DNA of 64,000 bases, taken from contig CP068257.2 of assembly GCA_009914755.4 (NCBI GenBank), positions 31,872,001 to 31,936,000 on the forward strand. Direction: 5' to 3'. Of the stretch, positions 1 through 19,755 are shown in pieces (the first letter of the stretch is position 1; every line of letters starts with the position of its first letter). Under the pieces are notes generated by a model, which saw only the letters and a list, made by a program, of their open reading frames with translations, was not told where the DNA came from and did not search any database. The DNA is from the human T2T-CHM13v2.0 reference genome, Homo sapiens. The position numbers and the translations under genes are program-made.

Positions 1-238
<238 letters not shown>

Positions 239-323
239 CCACCAGCTGCATTCTTATAGCTATATTTCACTGATGTGGGCAGAAAAGTGGAAGCTGATGA
301 AGTTTAGTGTTAACATATTGTGG

Positions 324-636
<313 letters not shown>

Positions 637-1169
637 CTAACCGTATATTTTACAAGTGGAAAGTTCTTAGAGATCATCTAATCCAATCTTCTCATTTAAT
701 GAGAAAACGTAGGTCCGGAAGGTTAAGCAATTTAACCAAGTCCCATAACAAGGTGTAAGCAAAATGGTTAGGGGTGGGCACAGTAAAAAAGGAGGCTTGC
801 TTAACTGTCTATACCTCCAGCCGATTATAAACTGCACGAGAGTCTGCATCATCTCAAGAAGTCTTCTCATAAGACGACTTATGGACAAGGTACGTACCTG
901 GTCTGATACTGGATTGAATAGAATCAAGTGTCCAAAAGACTTTAAGCTCCACAGCTCGCTAGGAAGGAGCTATCTGCCAGAGGCCAGAAAAACCATGATG
1001 AATTGTGAGGCCTCCCAACACGTTTGCTGCTATTGCAATAACATGGTCTCGAAGAGGAGGAAGACTTGTACACTGACAATGGCCAAAAAATACTGGAAGT
1101 GGCTTAATTGGAATTGGGATATATAAACGCTAAAACGGAGCTCCTGAGACCCCCTATTTTCTAGGCAAT

Positions 1170-1760
1170 CGGTGCCAACGGTCTGGGAGCCGGCTGCGAA
1201 GGTGGTTATCATGGCAAGGGAGGTCGGTCCTGCCCCGCCCCCTCCTCACCTGCGCAGACCTGGGGTAGGGGTTCCGCGGCTCCCGCCCCCCTGCCGCGCC
1301 TCTGCGCATGCGTGCGCGGTCCGCCCTTCACTGCGGGTGTCCCTCCCACCGCCTCCAGCTGGTGCCTCCGCCGGGCTAGACCATTTGCCACTTTACACTG
1401 AGGGGCTCGGGGGTACGGAAGGCAGAATCGTACCTGATTGGGACAGGTGACCTTACCAGGAAAACGGACAATCTTCCGCCAAACGAACTTTACCCCGGAG
1501 GACCCAGGCAGGGCACCTCGGGAGCCTTCGTCCCGACCGGGGACCACCAGCTCCACCTCCGTCCCCGCCCCGAGCGGAGGTGGTCCGGCCGATTGGGATT
1601 GTGGGAGATGTAGTTCGCTAGAAGGGGCGATGTGCGCCTGCGCCTCTCGGGAGGGACTTAGGGGGCGTCGAAAATGATGTAAAGACCGAGTTGGCGGCGT
1701 GGGGAGTTGTGGCTCGGAGGGCGAGGGTAACTTTCTGGGGGCAGGGGAAGGCAAGGCTGT
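1170..1760 (-). promoter_or_regulatory. DNAJC28: CpG island; by position the DNAJC28 promoter and 5' noncoding exon (rest of gene lies left of window)
   Basis: About 600 bp of dense CpG and GC-rich sequence with Sp1-type GC boxes and the NRF1-like palindrome ctgcgcatgcgtgcgcg at 1303-1319. It lies about 12.2 kb from the GART 3' end, matching the remembered DNAJC28-GART spacing. No coding exon is expected here because the DNAJC28 CDS is in a downstream exon. Confidence 0.45.
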
Positions 1761-2127
1761 TTCCCCGGAACGGGACCGGAACAGGTTTATTCGGGGTCAC
1801 AGAAGGAGTCACCTGCGCAGATACATGAGGCTTAAAACCTGCCCTTTTATTAATTCAAGTACTGTTGAGGGGCTGGCGACAGGCCAGAGGACAAAATCAA
1901 AATAGGGATCTTCTGGCTTGGAGTTCAACCACTGACGTGGGGACTGAGCATTTCCCCTCTCTGTACAGGAAGCAAGTTTTTTAACAAGGAAAAAGAAAAA
2001 GGATAAAAAGAAAAAGGCAGAGGCTTGGGAGTTTTCAGATCTGGGTTGAAAATCCTGTTTCTTCTGCTTGCACCTTAGGCAAGATACCTGCAAAATGAGA
2101 GTTGCAATAAATAGTAAACTATAGTAA

Positions 2128-2454
<327 letters not shown>

Positions 2455-2812
2455 ATTCATTTAATCTTTACAACAGCCCTCTGAGATAAATGCTGTTATT
2501 TTCCCTATTTTACATATAATGAAATAATAATTGTATCAACTTCATTGACTTTTTTAGGGGGAGAATTACACAATGTATGTAAACCACTTGGCACTGTGCC
2601 TCGCACATTAAGCAATATTTTTTGTTATGACTGTGTCTCCTAAAAGGAGCCAGAAATAGGTATTAGCCTCCTCAGCTTCTACATCATAAACATTAGAATC
2701 ATTTATTGCCATCTATGTAGGAACACAGAAAAAGATACAGTATAAACTCTGATTCTGAGGGCTTTAGTTATAAGCAAACAATCAACAAAATAACTCATGT
2801 GAAAGAAAATAG

Positions 2813-3110
<298 letters not shown>

Positions 3111-3134
3111 GACCTGGCCACTAAAAAATTTTTA

Positions 3135-3700
<566 letters not shown>

Positions 3701-4047
3701 AGTAAAATTAAAATACACTCCAAGTGTCAACACTTCACGCAGAAAACAGAAATGTTGAAGTTAGCCTTGCTTCCCCAGCTGCTCAAGGACCTTTTGAAAT
3801 CTTCAACTGAGTGCCCAGCGAAGGCTGGGGAAGGGGCGGGGACTGTCCATCCTCCTTCCCAATACCAGTGGTTTATCAGTGTATTCAGCCCACAAAGCAA
3901 GTCCCTTCTCTAGGTACAGGGGAAAATTTCATTAGTAAAAAAATAAGAATTTTCCCCTTCAATCCATTAAAATTATAAAAATACATAAAACAAGATAGAA
4001 ATGACAGAATGTTCTCAATAAATTGACCATATAAAAGGCCATACTCT

Positions 4048-4740
<693 letters not shown>

Positions 4741-4892
4741 CACACAAACTTTGGAATCTTGATTACCTCTGAAAATCTTCGGGTAGACGGGGGAGTGTCC
4801 CAAGATTTTCATTTTGAACCACTGTTCATAATAGGAAGAATAAAGTCAAATTACAGAGAGAGAAATAAATTATGAAAGATTCCATGCTATAG

Positions 4893-5045
4893 ACCAGTGC
4901 CGTGGCACATACCTGTGGTCTCAGCTACTCAGGAGGTAGGAGGATCGCTTGAGCCCAGGAGTTTGAGGCTTCAGTGAGCTATAATCGTGCCACTGTTATT
5001 CCCGCCTGGGTGATAGGTGAGACCCTGTCTCTTAAAAAAAAGAAA
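4893..5045 (+). mobile_element. Alu right-arm fragment (old, FRAM/AluJ-like)
   Basis: ...cctgtggtctcagctactcaggaggtaggaggatcgcttgagcccagg... Confidence 0.7.
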
Positions 5046-5074
5046 GAAAAACGAAAGAAAGAAACAGTGCAGTC

Positions 5075-5378
5075 ATAAAAGAGAATGAGATCATGTCTTT
5101 TGCGGGAACATGGATGGAGCTGGAGGCCATTATTCTCAGCAAACTAACGCAGAAACAGAAAACCAAACACTGCATGTTCTCACTTATAAATGGGAGCTAC
5201 ATGATGAGAACTTAGGAACACAAGGAAACAACAGACACTGGGGTCTGCTTGAGGTGGGAGGGTGGGAGGAGGGAGCGGAGGAAAACAGAGAGCTATTGGG
5301 TACTGGGCTAAATACCTGCATGATGAAGTAATCTGTACACCAACCCCCCATGACATAAGTGCACCTATGTACCCCTTA
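5075..5378 (+). mobile_element. L1 (LINE-1) 3'-end fragment
   Basis: Characteristic L1 3' sequence ...atggatggagctggaggccattattctcagcaaactaacgcagaaacagaaaaccaaacactgcatgttctcacttataaatgggagcta... Confidence 0.75.
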
Positions 5379-5439
5379 TAGGTGTAAGCCACCGCGCCCG
5401 GCCAGTAATTACAATAAGGAGACGCTATGTACAGTTGTC

Positions 5440-5900
5440 TCCCTCCAGATGACCTGGTCACTTCTCCACTCTTTGGGCTAAATTGTGCCCCCCATGTTGA
5501 AGCCCTAACCCCCAGTACTTTAGAATGTGACTGCATTTGGAGATAAGTTATTTAAAGAGGTGATTAAGTTAAAATGAGGCTGTTAAAGTGGGTGATAATC
5601 CAATCTGACTGACATCCTTATAAAAGGAGGAAATTTGGCCCCAGAGAGACATCAGGGTTGTGCACACACTGAGCAACGTCCCTGTGAGGACACAGAAAGA
5701 AGGCAGCCATCTGCCGGCCAAGGAGAGGCCTCAGGAGAAACCCACTCTGCAGACACCTTGACCTTGGACTTCCAGTCTCCACGACTGTGGGAGAATAATG
5801 GTCTCCCGTAGTTGAAGACCCAGTCTGTGGTGCTTTGTCACATCAGCCCCACCAGACCAACACAGCAGGTGTCTTTGATCCTTATACATCCCTTCAGTAG
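5440..5900 (+). mobile_element. ERVL-MaLR-type solo LTR (MLT1/MST-like)
   Basis: Typical MaLR LTR motifs: catgttgaagccctaacccccag..., tttggagat..., ttataaaaggaggaaat..., acacagaaagaaggcagccatctgc..., ccttggacttccagtctcca..., and a cccagtctgtggtgctttgt... tail. Confidence 0.55.
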
Positions 5901-6705
5901 GTCCCAGGGATTTGTGTTACCCAAAATGTTTCCTCCCAGATGGAAAACTCTGAAAGCAGGTGGAAGCTTTCCCCCTCATTTTCCTCTTGCTGAACACACC
6001 CCTGCCCTGCAGGACCAGCTGTGGGCTGCTGCCTCCTGCTTTCCTCTTTCGAAGTCATTCTGCCAACTTGGAGATTTGGATTTGGGTGAGATGTGCTGGG
6101 GGTGGGATGTGGGGCAGAGTCTCCCCATCCGAAGAAAGGAGTTTCTGATCCTGGGATTTCGGGTTTGCTGAAGGGTGCTTGTGCGGGTGGCACTGACTTT
6201 TCTCTCTTCTTGCTGTAGTTGGCCTCTAAGAGAAAGGCACCAGAAGCTCGTTCTCCGCTCTTTGAGACACCTTTCTTCAAGCTTCACAGCGTCCCTCTCT
6301 CTCTCTCCTGGGTCCCCCTACTGCACAGCCTACTCATACCCAGTGTCCTTGGCTGGCTCCGCCCTTCTCATGCAATTGGTGCTCTCAGATTCCACACCTC
6401 TACATTATGTTCATTATCTACTCTCCCTTGCCAATGCCAACGCCAATGCCTAAACCTCCTCCTCGAAGCTAATGACTGACCCCACAGTGGTGTCACAGTG
6501 TTGAATACAGGAATCCCTCAAGGTGTACAAAGAAGTCCCACCTCCCCTCTAAGTATCATCCCTCCCTCAATTTGCAAAAGAAAGGCACACCCCTCATTTA
6601 CCCCAGACTGTTAACACCTTCCAGGCAGCAAAGGTGCAACTGAAAAGGTTGATTTACTGTGGGTGCTGAAGAAGGAAAATTAATCCTTTACAGATTGGAT
6701 GGTTT

Positions 6706-7303
<598 letters not shown>

Positions 7304-7509
7304 GTTGCGTGGTTTCCAATACTTGGTTTTCAACAAAAGTGAAGGAGGATCTAATAGACTCCTCAGCTGAATATTTCATTTGAAATGATTTTCAGTGGTA
7401 GATTTTCCTGGTGCATATAACTGAAGCATTCAAGGAGTTGAGTGATATTGTTATAACAACTATTTTTTTTTCCTGTGACTTTCTGGAGTTTGGTGATGTC
7501 GGAAATTTA

Positions 7510-8277
<768 letters not shown>

Positions 8278-8653
8278 TTGTTGTTGAGGTTTCAGTGTCC
8301 ACAGATATTTCAATTCATGAAACTTTCATTTTATAAAGCAAAATCAACTTGTAATATTAAAATCTTCACATCTTTATTGCAATGCTCAGAATACAGGTGG
8401 CTCAGGAGTTAGCTTCTTAAATAAGTTTACACATGAGGATTATCAGGTTAACAGATGGGGGATTTGAGGATTAGGCTTGCTACTGAGTCTTTAATATGAT
8501 TTCTGTTACAAAGCCTGGAAGTTGGAAGTTCTACCTATATTCATTTAAAAGACTTCATGTTCTGAATGTGAAGCATGTTCAATGTACTCGTTGTATTTAA
8601 AAAAACTATGAATCAAATTTTTTATAAAAAAAGATTTTTTTTTTTTTTTTTAG

Positions 8654-9064
<411 letters not shown>

Positions 9065-9243
9065 TCAGTACATTCTTGTGGTTGTGCAACTATCACTGCA
9101 ATCAATTCTAGAACATTTTCATCACTCAAACAAAAACCCCTGTACCCTTTTTTTGTCACCCCAAATACCTCTATCCACCTTAGGCAACAACTAATCTATT
9201 TTCTGTCTTCTGGATTTGCCTATTCTGGACATTTCCTTATTAA

Positions 9244-10348
<1,105 letters not shown>

Positions 10349-10498
10349 ACACCTGGCTAATTTTTATATTTTATTCTTTGTAGAAATGGTTTCTTGCTAT
10401 GTTGCCTAAGCTGGTCTGGAACTCCTGGACTCAAGCAATCTTCCCTCCTCGGCCTCCCAAAGTGCTGGGATTACAGGTGTATGGTACTGCACCCAGCC
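10349..10498 (-). mobile_element. Alu fragment (half element)
   Basis: ...ggcctcccaaagtgctgggattacaggtgtatggtactgcacccagcc. Confidence 0.75.
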
Positions 10499-10514
10499 TG
10501 GACATTTCATATAA

Positions 10515-11480
<966 letters not shown>

Positions 11481-11487
11481 TGAATTC

Positions 11488-11779
11488 TTTTTTTTTTTTT
11501 TTTTTGAGACGGAGTCTCGCTCTATTGGCAGGCTGGAGTGCAGGGGCGTTAGCTCACTGCAACCTCCGCCTCCCGGATTCAAGCAATTCTCCTGCCTCAA
11601 CCTCCCTAGTAGCTAGGACTACAGGTGCACACCACCACGCCCAGCTAATTTCTGTATTTTTATTAGAGACAGGGTTCCACCATGTTGGCCAGGATGGTCT
11701 TGATCTCTTGACCTCGTGATCCGCCTGCCTCGGCCTCCCAAAGTGCTGGGATTACAGAGCTGAGCCACTGCACCTGGCC
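11488..11779 (-). mobile_element. Alu SINE with an intact 10-bp target-site duplication tgaattcttt (11481-11490 and 11781-11790)
   Basis: poly(T)gagacggagtctcgctctattggcagg...gagccactgcacctggcc. Confidence 0.9.
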
Positions 11780-12154
11780 CTGAATTCTTTCACTTAGCAT
11801 AATACTTCAAGGTTCACCCACACTGTAGCATGTGTTAGTATTTCATTCCTTTTTATAATTGAATAGTATTCAATGTATGGATATATTTATCCATATATTT
11901 ATCAGTTCATTTGCTGATGAACATTTGCATTGTCTCCACTTATGAATCAGTTTTTAACTGTTAATTAACATTTGGCTCCAGATAAAGGAAAATGATCTAA
12001 CACTGTGGTAAATGTAAAATTTACATGGCTTGTGAAAGAATGGCTGTCAGAGATGGTCTCTTTTAAACAGTGGAGGAGGCAAATGTATGCATTAGAATTG
12101 CTGAAAAACACTTTGGGAGGTAAAGACAATTTTGGTTTTAAAAAGGCCAAAGGA

Positions 12155-12520
<366 letters not shown>

Positions 12521-12994
12521 TTATGCTTGAATCTAAAAGCCACCAACTCTCCCCCTAATCCTCTAGTGACTTGCAGAGAAGTATGGATCTTTATAAACCA
12601 CAGGATAATTAAACTTTACTGAAGCTAAAATCTGGGGATTACAGAAACTGTCAATAATTAGAGGAACGTTTAATGATACTTCAAAGCATAAAGGATACTA
12701 TCCTTCAGAAATGGGAGCTATCCAGAAATCTTAACACACCAGATTATGATCACGATGGTCGGAAAAGTCTCAAATCAGCTATACAATATAAGGAAGAGAT
12801 ACTGCCTTGTTAGACTTGGGGAAGAGATAGTCACTTGACACTGATCAGAAGGAGGCTGGGCAACTTTTACACACCGGAATCTATAACCAAGATTATAAAC
12901 GGAACCCAGGTGATACACTTGGGTTTGTCCTCATGTTTCTTTTCCTCATTTTAACTCAGATACATCCAGCAGTCATGGCTTCAAAAGCATATGA

Positions 12995-13647
<653 letters not shown>

Positions 13648-13794
13648 TGAAAACATAAAACTTATAAACATGGAGGTGATTCATCATGTTGTCAGGCAAT
13701 ACCAAAAAAAAAAAGAGGGGGTGACGGTTAGAAAAAGAGCATAAAAAAGACCAAGAAAACTGTATGTCTCAGATATGCTGCACTAACTAGTCTT

Positions 13795-13957
13795 GTTTTT
13801 AGTGAGTCTCTATTTATTAAAAAAATAGATGAAGTAAGGGTGAGGTCTTTTTTGTCTTTTAGCAGTTTTTCTTTTGGGCCAAGTCCATGATAAAAAACCA
13901 CCATGCAAACAGCAAATAATTCTTTCTAAACTGGCCCCATTTCTGAATTAAAAGGCT
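13795..13957 (-). other. GART: GART 3' UTR (approximate; cleavage site estimated about 20 nt past the AATAAA)
   Basis: Region between the TGA stop (13958-13960) and the AATAAA signal at 13818-13813 on the minus strand. Confidence 0.6.
13813..13818 (-). promoter_or_regulatory. GART: Polyadenylation signal AATAAA for the full-length GART mRNA
   Basis: tttatt on the plus strand at 13813-13818, 140 nt downstream of the stop codon, followed by a T/GT-rich stretch. Confidence 0.6.
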
Positions 13958-14149
13958 TCATTCCTCTTTAACCCAACAGATCTTGCCATTTTCTCCAAGC
14001 TGTACAGTTCCACTGGCCACCAGCTGAAGGGCTGCAGGAAATATTTTATGTTCTGCTAATTTTACTCTTTCAGAAAGAGTTGCGACAGTATCACCCCTCT
14101 TCACGGGAACAGCTTCTTGCAAAATAATCTGTCCAGCATCCACATCTTC
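13958..14149 (-). CDS. GART: GART exon 22 (C-terminus of the GAR transformylase domain: ...DVDAGQIILQEAVPVKRGDTVATLSERVKLAEHKIFPAALQLVASGTVQLGENGKICWVKEE*)
   Basis: Track ORF 13958-14143 (-). Acceptor AG at 14150-14151, stop TGA at 13958-13960. Confidence 0.93.
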   Translation of the reverse strand, partial: EDVDAGQIILQEAVPVKRGDTVATLSERVKLAEHKIFPAALQLVASGTVQLGENGKICWVKEE

Positions 14150-14245
14150 CTGGAAAAGTAAGCAAAAGTTTTGAACATTACCTTCTAGCCAGTGTCATTT
14201 ACATCTGACTACTAATATTATGTTGGTAGAAAAAGACATACTCAC

Positions 14246-14361
14246 AGCTACAAAGTGTACAGTGCACCCAGTAACTGTGACTCCGGTTTCCAGGGCTTGC
14301 TCATGGGCATTTGAACCCTTAAAAGAAGGGAGCAAGGATGGGTGGATATTGAGCATTTTTC
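14246..14361 (-). CDS. GART: GART exon 21 ([38 protein letters not shown])
   Basis: Manual reverse-complement translation. Acceptor AG at 14362-14363, donor gtgagt beginning at 14245. Confidence 0.88.
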
Positions 14362-15394
14362 CTAAAAATTAAAAAAAGCATAGTGGTCAGAATTTAAAAA
14401 TCCTGGGTATTCTGTTAAAGGAATACGTTTTCCTATCTAGATCCGAAGTCAAACAGGAGTTGGATTTCTGGGATGGATGTTTTCTTTGCCAAACACAGAA
14501 ATGAGGTAAAAGTAAGTTCTCATCCAAGAAGGCCCTGGAAGCAGCAAGTACCCGCCTTGCACAGTTAAAGGCATGCTGGGGTGCTCTGAACAGACATTCA
14601 TGGTGACAGGAAGGTGGGGAGTTCAAGCTGAATACCAGCTTGTTGCTGGCACGTACTATTAAAAATAAGCAAGAGGTTCTTACATAGCATCTATGTGCTT
14701 GACTTCTAACCACAAAGTGACCTGTCCACCAGACAGATGCTAGATTAGTTCTGTGTGGCTCATGTCACCAAAGGCATTGTCTATTTTATATCACACCACA
14801 AGTGCTCTAACTACATTCACCTAAGAATACATAAACTCTTTGGAGGGAAAATGCATTTATTGACCAACTGTGTGCACACATACACAAACAGGATGCAGTC
14901 AAGGCTTTTGGGAAGAAGGCAGTAACATAGATAGTATGTGTTTTCTGGCAATAACCTCCTCCTTGCCAACTCCTGGCAATGGTCTATGCTTCCTAAGAGA
15001 GGATGGACTCTTCATTTTGGGATATACGGAATCACTCTCTTTTGCTTCCAAACAAATAAAGGAAGGTCTTCTGAATATTTATTCAAAAGATGAAATATTA
15101 TCTTTGCAGTAATGTGAAACAAAACTAAGCTACATTAGAAAAAGTGATTAATTACAGCAAGCCAAAGTAAATGGATAGAGAGCAGGTTAATAAATCATCA
15201 TTGGGTCATTCTTTAGTGTAAAACAAAGGAAATTAAACTGTGACCTGTGTTAAAGTATTAATAAAATATCACAGTCAAACAGGAGTTGGATTTCTGGGAT
15301 GGGTGTTCACTACTGGGATTGTTTGGCAAGTTATCTGTTCTGGAGACCATTTTCAATTGATTTCCCAATGTGATGTCAAATAATTTTTGCTTAC

Positions 15395-15536
15395 CATTCC
15401 ACTTTTGGACAAAGGGGCCAGAAAGAATTCTCATGAATCCTGCAAGACAGACTATGTCTATGGAGAACTCTTCAAGGACTAGGTCAATTGCACTGTCAAA
15501 TTCTACACGATTTTTATACAGTTTATGATTAATTAC
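15395..15536 (-). CDS. GART: GART exon 20 (VINHKLYKNRVEFDSAIDLVLEEFSIDIVCLAGFMRILSGPFVQKWN|G)
   Basis: Manual translation. Acceptor ctattacag at 15537-15545, donor gtaagc at 15394-15389. Confidence 0.88.
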
Positions 15537-15807
15537 CTGTAATAGAAAAAGATAAGCACAACCCTTTTCAATGAATTACCAAAAATAATTAAAAACTCAA
15601 CCTTTACACAGACCATACTTCACTTCCTTGTAAAGATATACCTGATAGAGAGATTATTAAGAAAGGGACAGGATGAAGAAGGCAAGCCCAGCACCCACCC
15701 AAAATGGCGAAGTCCCAAGAACAAGTGCCCATAGACCAGGGTCCTGTGAGGGCAGATTACGAGCTTAAATATGGCCCACAGCAAAGATATTTTCCCAAGT
15801 AACTTAC

Positions 15808-15938
15808 TCTAGTGGGAATACCAGCTCTTTCCGCTTTATCTAACCCAGCTACTGCGGCTTTGTTGGAGATAACAATATCAATTTGTGCAGAGCTATTTGG
15901 TTCCCGAGTACTGTCTATAAGTGCTTGCAGGTTCGATC
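15808..15938 (-). CDS. GART: GART exon 19 (G|SNLQALIDSTREPNSSAQIDIVISNKAAVAGLDKAERAGIPTR)
   Basis: Manual translation of the reverse complement. Donor gtaagtt (plus aacttac, 15801-15807), acceptor ag (plus ct, 15939-15940). Confidence 0.88.
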
Positions 15939-15982
15939 CTGAGAAGGGAGAAAAACAGCAGTGAGCTCATACTACTACTTCT

Positions 15983-16276
15983 TTTTTTTTTTTTTGAGAG
16001 GGAGTCTCACTCTGTCGCCCAGGCTAGGAGTGCAGTGCCACGATCTGGGTTCACTGCAACCTCCACCTCCCGGGTTCAAGCAATTATCCTGCCTCAGCCT
16101 CCTGAGTAGCTGGGATTACAGGAGCCCACCACCACACCTGGCTAATTTTTGTATTTTTAGTAGAGATGGGGTTTCACCACGTTGGCCAGGCTCGTCTGGA
16201 ACTCCTGACATCAGGTGATCCGCCCACCTCGGCCTCCCAAATTTGGGATTACAGGCATGAGCCACCGCGCCCAACC
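15983..16276 (-). mobile_element. Alu SINE (sense relative to GART), ending about 45 bp upstream of the exon-19 acceptor
   Basis: poly(T)gagagggagtctcactctgtcgcccagg...gagccaccgcgcccaacc. Confidence 0.9.
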
Positions 16277-16424
16277 TCACACTTTTTAAAAAAAGAGATG
16301 TGCCATTTTGAATAGGGGACAGTCAAATTTTCTGAATAAATGTCTTGGAAAAGACTGGTGATATGTGAGGCTTCTAAATTCCCTTTCTCTTGGCACAGGC
16401 AACTAAAGTAAATATGGAAAAAGC

Positions 16425-17372
16425 TTCTGTATAGCAATGGAAACAATCAACAAAGTAAGGAGACAACCCACAGAATGGTAGAAAATATGTGCAAACTACC
16501 CATCTGACAAGGGATTAATAACCAGAATATATAAGGAGCTTAAACAATTCATTAGGGAAAAATCTAATACTCTGATTAAAAATGGGCAAAAGATCTGAAT
16601 AGACATTTCTTAAAAGAAAACACACAAATTGCAAACAGGTATATAAAAAGGTGCTCAACATCATTATCATCAGAGAAATGCAAATCAAAACTATGACATA
16701 TTGTCTCGCCCCGGTTAAAATGGCTTTTATCCAAAACACAGGCAATAACACGCTGGCGAAGATGTGGAGAAAAGGGAACCGTCACACACTATTGGGAAGG
16801 TAAATTAGTACAATTATTATGGAGAACAGTTTGAAGGGTCCTCAAAAATTAAAAAAAAGAGCTACCATATCATCCAGCAATCCCATTGCTAGGTATATAC
16901 CCAAAAGAAAGAAAATCAGTGTATCAAAGAGATACCTGCAGTTTCATGTTTATTCTCCCTAGCCAAGATTTGGAAGCAACCTAAATGTTTATCAGCAGAC
17001 AAATGGATAAAGAAAATGTGGTACATCACACAATGGAGTACTATTCAGCCATAAAAAAGATGAGATCCTGTCATTTGCAACAACATGGATGGAACGGGAG
17101 GTCATTAAGTTAAGTGAAATAAGTCAGGCACAGAAAGACAAACCTCACATGTTCTCACTTATTTGTGGGAGCTAAAAATTAAAACAGTTGAACTCATGAT
17201 GATAGTGCAATGATGGTTACCAGAGGCTAGGAAGGGTAGTGGGAGAGACGGGGAGAGGGGATGCTAATGGGTACAAAAATATAGTTAGAATGAACAAAAT
17301 CTAGTGTTTGATAGCATAACAGGGTGACTATAGTCAACAATAATTTATTACACATTTTAAAATAACTGGAAG
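16425..17372 (+). mobile_element. L1 fragment (3' end of ORF2 plus 3' UTR) in GART intron 18, antisense to GART
   Basis: ...acaatcaacaaagtaaggagacaacccacagaatggtagaaaatatgtgcaaactacccatctgacaagggattaataaccagaatatataaggagcttaaacaa...atgcaaatcaaaactatgacata...ttctcacttatttgtgggagct...tatagtcaacaataatttattacacatttt. Confidence 0.8.
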
Positions 17373-17374
17373 AG

Positions 17375-17698
17375 GCTGGATGTGGTGGCTCACACCTATA
17401 ATCCCAGCACTTTGGGAGGCCAAGGCAGGCGGATCATACTGAGGTCAAGAGTTCAAGACCAGCCTGACCAGCCTGGCCAACATGATGAAACCCCATCTCT
17501 ACTAAAAATACAAAAAATTAGCCAGGCATAGTGGCAGGTGCCTGTAATCCCAGCTACTCAGGAGGCTGAGACAGAAGAATCACTTGAAACTGGGAGGCGG
17601 AGTTTGCAGTGAGCCGAGTCTGCGCCACTGCACTCCAGCCTGGGCGACAGAGTGAGACTCTATCTCAAAAACAAAAACAAAAACAAAACAAAAAAAAA
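17375..17698 (+). mobile_element. Alu SINE
   Basis: ggctggatgtggtggctcacacctataatcc...(CAAAA)n tail. Confidence 0.9.
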
Positions 17699-17879
17699 CT
17701 GAAATAAAATAACTGGATTGTTTGTAACACAAAGAATAAATGCTTGAGGTGATGAATACCCCATTTACAGGGATGTGATTATTACAGGTTGTATGGCTGT
17801 ATCAAAAGATCTCATGTACCCTATAAATATATATACCTACCATGTACCCATACAAATTAAAAATTAAAAAAACTCCCTT

Positions 17880-18649
<770 letters not shown>

Positions 18650-18850
18650 CTATTGTTTCCATCTTTATGTCCACATGTACCCACTGTTTAGCTCCCACTC
18701 ATAAGTGAGAACATGCAATATCTGGTTTTCTGTTTCTGAGGCAGTTCACTCAGGATAATGGCCTCCAGTTCCATCCATATTGCTGCAAATGATGTGGTTT
18801 TATTCTTTTTTATGGCTGCATCTTACAATAGCTTCTTTGCTTTATTATCA
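18650..18850 (-). mobile_element. Continuation of the reverse-orientation L1 3'-end fragment after the Alu insertion
   Basis: ...gctcccactcataagtgagaacatgcaatatctggttttctg...cctccagttccatccatattgctgcaaatgatgtggttttattcttttttatggctgcatc. Confidence 0.65.
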
Positions 18851-18935
18851 ACTTGGGCCTAAAGTACATTAAAACCTTAAGATCGACCTGTAAAGCAATT
18901 AAACTTCTGGGAATGAATCCTGAAGAAGTATCAGA

Positions 18936-19098
18936 GCTGGTTGTGGTGCTGCATGCCTGCAGTCCCAGCTACTCGGGGGGCTAATAAGGCGGAAGGATTG
19001 CTTGAGGCCAGAGCTGGAAGCTGCAGTGTACTATGACTGCATCTGTGAATAGCTACTGTACTCTAGCCTGGGCAACATAGCAAGACTGTCTCAAAAAG
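18936..19098 (+). mobile_element. Alu right-arm fragment (old)
   Basis: ...gcctgcagtcccagctactcggggggctaataaggcggaaggattgcttgagg... Confidence 0.65.
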
Positions 19099-19617
19099 AA
19101 TCACTATGATCTTGGCCATCAAATAAAAAAAAATCACATATGCATTTAAGAACATACTGAATATTTGCAAGAATGTTCATAGCAGTGTTACTTACAATAG
19201 AGGGAAAAAAATCAGGCTACATCCATCTGAGAGAATACAATACTCTTATTACTTTACCCCTCTATCCATAAAGGTTAAACATAAACTTCTTCTAATTAAT
19301 AAGATAACAATAAAAATTCCTCAACTGTTTTCAGACTTTTCAACAACAAAGCTATGATACAAAATGAGCTGTAGCTTCTATCTTTTCTGGTTTCTCTTTA
19401 ACCAGCTTTCTGACATCCTTTACTTTTTTCTTTGGGAGCTGTCTCAAATTCCTAAGAAAAGTGGAAAGACTAAGAATGCTGAAAAGACAAAGACAACCCT
19501 CATGATTCCCCCCAGTCCCTAGACTCTGCCGAGAGTAACCTTACAATCTCACAAGAGTGCGGGGAGGAAAGGAAGGGCAGTCAACAGCTCTACAGTGAAG
19601 GGGAAGCCACATCTCAC

Positions 19618-19755
19618 CTGTTCCAGATATTAAGACAGCCACTCTGGCCTTTTTTTTTTCAAAAGAGAAATGATTTGTCAGGGAGCCATTCTTCAACACT
19701 GACCCATTTATTTGCATGCTTTCAATCAGATTCTTGACTTTCACACGTGGGGAAC
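19618..19755 (-). CDS. GART: GART exon 18 (G|SPRVKVKNLIESMQINGSVLKNGSLTNHFSFEKKKARVAVLISGT|G)
   Basis: Track ORF 19541-19744 (-) carries this peptide. Donor gtgaga at 19617-19612, acceptor AG at 19757-19756. Confidence 0.9.

Noticed and set aside
1209-1754. 181-aa minus-strand ORF (Pro/Ala/Arg-rich) and overlapping plus-strand ORFs in the 1.2-1.8 kb CpG island
   Set aside because: A GC-rich CpG island gives stop-poor frames by composition alone. There is no homology-like content. The position fits a promoter or 5' UTR instead.
5894-6453. Overlapping ORFs (128 aa, 103 aa, 119 aa, 92 aa) in a non-Alu segment
   Set aside because: The region looks like LTR or degenerate repeat-derived sequence downstream of the MaLR LTR. 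ORFs in three different frames overlap, which is typical of chance ORFs. There is no splice or polyadenylation context and no recognisable protein similarity.
14387-14713. 108-aa minus-strand ORF inside GART intron 20
   Set aside because: No flanking splice sites in frame with the GART exons and no similarity to the GART protein. It is bounded by intronic sequence. GART's 1010-aa CDS is already fully accounted for without it.
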